From NCBI GenBank assembly GCA_963731435.1, contig CAVSVF010000005.1, forward strand, positions 25,526 to 89,525: DNA of 64,000 nucleotides, given 5' to 3'. Position 1 is the first letter of the stretch. Every line of letters starts with the position of its first letter. Made by a program: the position numbers and the translations under genes. Below the pieces are notes generated by a model that was given only the letters and a program-made list of their open reading frames with translations, made no database searches and was not told the origin of the DNA. Positions 62,345 through 64,000 of this stretch are shown piece by piece. The stretch comes from an uncultured Solirubrobacterales bacterium (lineage in GTDB: Bacteria; Actinomycetota; Thermoleophilia; Solirubrobacterales; Solirubrobacteraceae).

Positions 62345-63070
62345 TCACCCTCTTGTGCCGGCGACGAGCCGTTCTCGGTCCACCAGCCTTGACACGAGCC
62401 GCCAGCCGAGCCTGTTGGCGGCTAGCAGGCCGATCCCGAGGGCGAGCACGAGTCTTGAGGTTGGGTGGATTACGTTGGTCGCAATCAGCGTCGTCACTGC
62501 GATCGTGGGGAGGCTGGCGAGCGTGCTGAGTTGCTGTGCGACTCGCACTTCGCCCACCCGGGTCGAGATTCCGATCCCAAGCCAGATCGACCACCCGGCC
62601 AGCAGCGGGGTGAAGATGACCTGCGCCGCGACGTCTGGCGCTCGGATCAGCGCGGATGCCACTCCTGGGTGAGCGAACAGGGCTACCAGCGCAACGTATG
62701 CGGCGAAGACGGCGTACGCGATCACGACCGATGGGACCAGCACTGCGAGCGCTTTGCCCAGCAGCAGCTCCTCGCGACGGATCGGCGTGCCAAGCACCGG
62801 CTCAAGCGTGCCCTGTTGGCGCTCGCCGACGATCGCGAAGGCGGCCAGCGTGGCCGGCACGAGCGCCGGAATCGCGAGCATGTAAACGAGCTCGTGGTGA
62901 TGGTGGAGCTGGACCGATGCGGCGGCGGAGGTCGCGAACGCGGACACCAACGGCTGGACCAGGAAGATCAGCGGAAAGATCGACATGCCGACGACGATCG
63001 ATCGGTTGCGGCGATACTCGCGCAGCTCCTTGCGCACGATCGCACGGACACGGCGGCGGCTGAACCTCAT
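62345..63070 (-). CDS. ABC-2 type transporter permease
   Basis: RKELRE, IVGERQQGTLEPVLGTP...LLLGK. Confidence 0.9.
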   Translation of the reverse strand: MRFSRRRVRAIVRKELREYRRNRSIVVGMSIFPLIFLVQPLVSAFATSAAASVQLHHHHELVYMLAIPALVPATLAAFAIVGERQQGTLEPVLGTPIRREELLLGKALAVLVPSVVIAYAVFAAYVALVALFAHPGVASALIRAPDVAAQVIFTPLLAGWSIWLGIGISTRVGEVRVAQQLSTLASLPTIAVTTLIATNVIHPTSRLVLALGIGLLAANRLGWRLVSRLVDRERLVAGTRG

Positions 63071-64000
63071 CGCCGGCCCACCTCGGCATCCTCGTCTATC
63101 AGCTCGAGGTAGACGTCCTCAAGCGAGTGGTGGGACTGCGCGATGCTCAGCACCTCGGCACCGGCTGCCACCAGCGCGCGGGCGATGGCCGGGGCGGCAA
63201 CATCGCCGTCCGAAACCGTCGCGACATATCCGCCGTCTCCGTCCCCGCGCCATCCTTCGACGGCGGGAAGTCCGCCGAACACGCTCTCGGGGGCAGCGAG
63301 CGCGGCGACCGTTCTGACCGTGATCGTCTTGGCAAACAACCGGTCACGCAGCTCGTCGGGTCGGCCGATCGTGCGCAGGGCGGTGTTCAGAATCGCGACG
63401 CGGTCGCACAGACGCTCAGCCTCCTCGAGTCGATGCGTCGTGAGGAAGATCGTCACCCCTCTGCGACCAAGCTCGGCGATCAGCTCATGGACCTCGCGGC
63501 TGGCGACCGGATCGAGGCCGGCTGTCGGCTCGTCGAGGAACAGGACCTCGGGGTCGCTCAAGAGCGCCCGCGCGAGGGCGACGCGCTGGCGCAGGCCCTT
63601 GGACAGGGTGCCGCACGGATCGTCCGCCCGTTCGGTCAAGTTCACCGCGTGCAGCGAATGCTCGATCCGAGCCGTCGGGTCGGACACTTCGTAAAGGTCA
63701 GCAAAACACTCGAGGTTCTCCGCCACGCTGAGACGCTGGTAGAGGCCCGGCGACTCCGGCATGATCGCAATACGCCGGCGGATCTCGACGCCGTTCTCCG
63801 GAACCAGCGGAATGCCGGCGACCGTGGCGGAGCCGGCGCTCGGCGCAATCAGCGTACCCAGCGTTCTCACGGTGGTCGTCTTTCCGGCGCCGTTGGGTCC
63901 GAGAAATCCAAACACCTCGCCATAGGCGATCTCGAACGACACGCCTTCGAACGCGACCCGGTCACCGAAGCGCTTGCCCAACCCATTCACGGAGAGCGCC
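63067..64000 (-). CDS. ABC transporter ATP-binding protein (5' end probably outside the window)
   Basis: GPNGAGKTT, LSKGLRQR, FLDEP, TTH; frame open to the window edge. Confidence 0.93.
   Translation of the reverse strand, partial: ALSVNGLGKRFGDRVAFEGVSFEIAYGEVFGFLGPNGAGKTTTVRTLGTLIAPSAGSATVAGIPLVPENGVEIRRRIAIMPESPGLYQRLSVAENLECFADLYEVSDPTARIEHSLHAVNLTERADDPCGTLSKGLRQRVALARALLSDPEVLFLDEPTAGLDPVASREVHELIAELGRRGVTIFLTTHRLEEAERLCDRVAILNTALRTIGRPDELRDRLFAKTITVRTVAALAAPESVFGGLPAVEGWRGDGDGGYVATVSDGDVAAPAIARALVAAGAEVLSIAQSHHSLEDVYLELIDEDAEVGRR

Overview
A very GC-rich, gene-dense chromosomal segment of an actinobacterium. The F420-type LLM enzymes, WS/DGAT, actinobacterial LexA box and many apparently leaderless genes support this; class Thermoleophilia/Solirubrobacterales is my inference. 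It holds about 55 CDS and one tRNA-Val(TAC). I found no integrase, transposase, CRISPR array or rRNA. About 17 genes are split by single-base indels, clustered at 17-26, 50-52 and 60-62 kb; these look like long-read consensus errors, so split genes are reported as single CDS. Main blocks: MFS/MarR pair; GT39 glycosyltransferase; tRNA-Val followed by an ATP-grasp/amidohydrolase/FdtA cassette; a TetR-controlled redox/efflux operon; a neutral-lipid block (fatty-alcohol-oxidase-like GMC, ALDH, WS/DGAT, divergent orphan class I HMG-CoA reductase and acyl-CoA ligase); dinB with an SOS box; lctP-glcDEF-aceB; stress genes with SigB/SigF-type promoters; a thiol-dioxygenase/amidohydrolase/MBL/FdhD operon; a PAS-GAF-SpoIIE phosphatase; fadA-fadB; and secreted proteins beside a c-di-GMP triad. 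Best novelty candidates: (1) the c-di-GMP triad, with a pseudo-HD-GYP carrying a Zn ribbon, a pseudo-GGDEF with intact I-site and one apparently active HD-GYP, next to an RTX-repeat secreted protein; (2) the orphan HMG-CoA reductase in a wax-ester-like cluster; (3) the Gln-type thiol dioxygenase operon. All functional hypotheses are untested inferences from motifs and gene neighbourhood.
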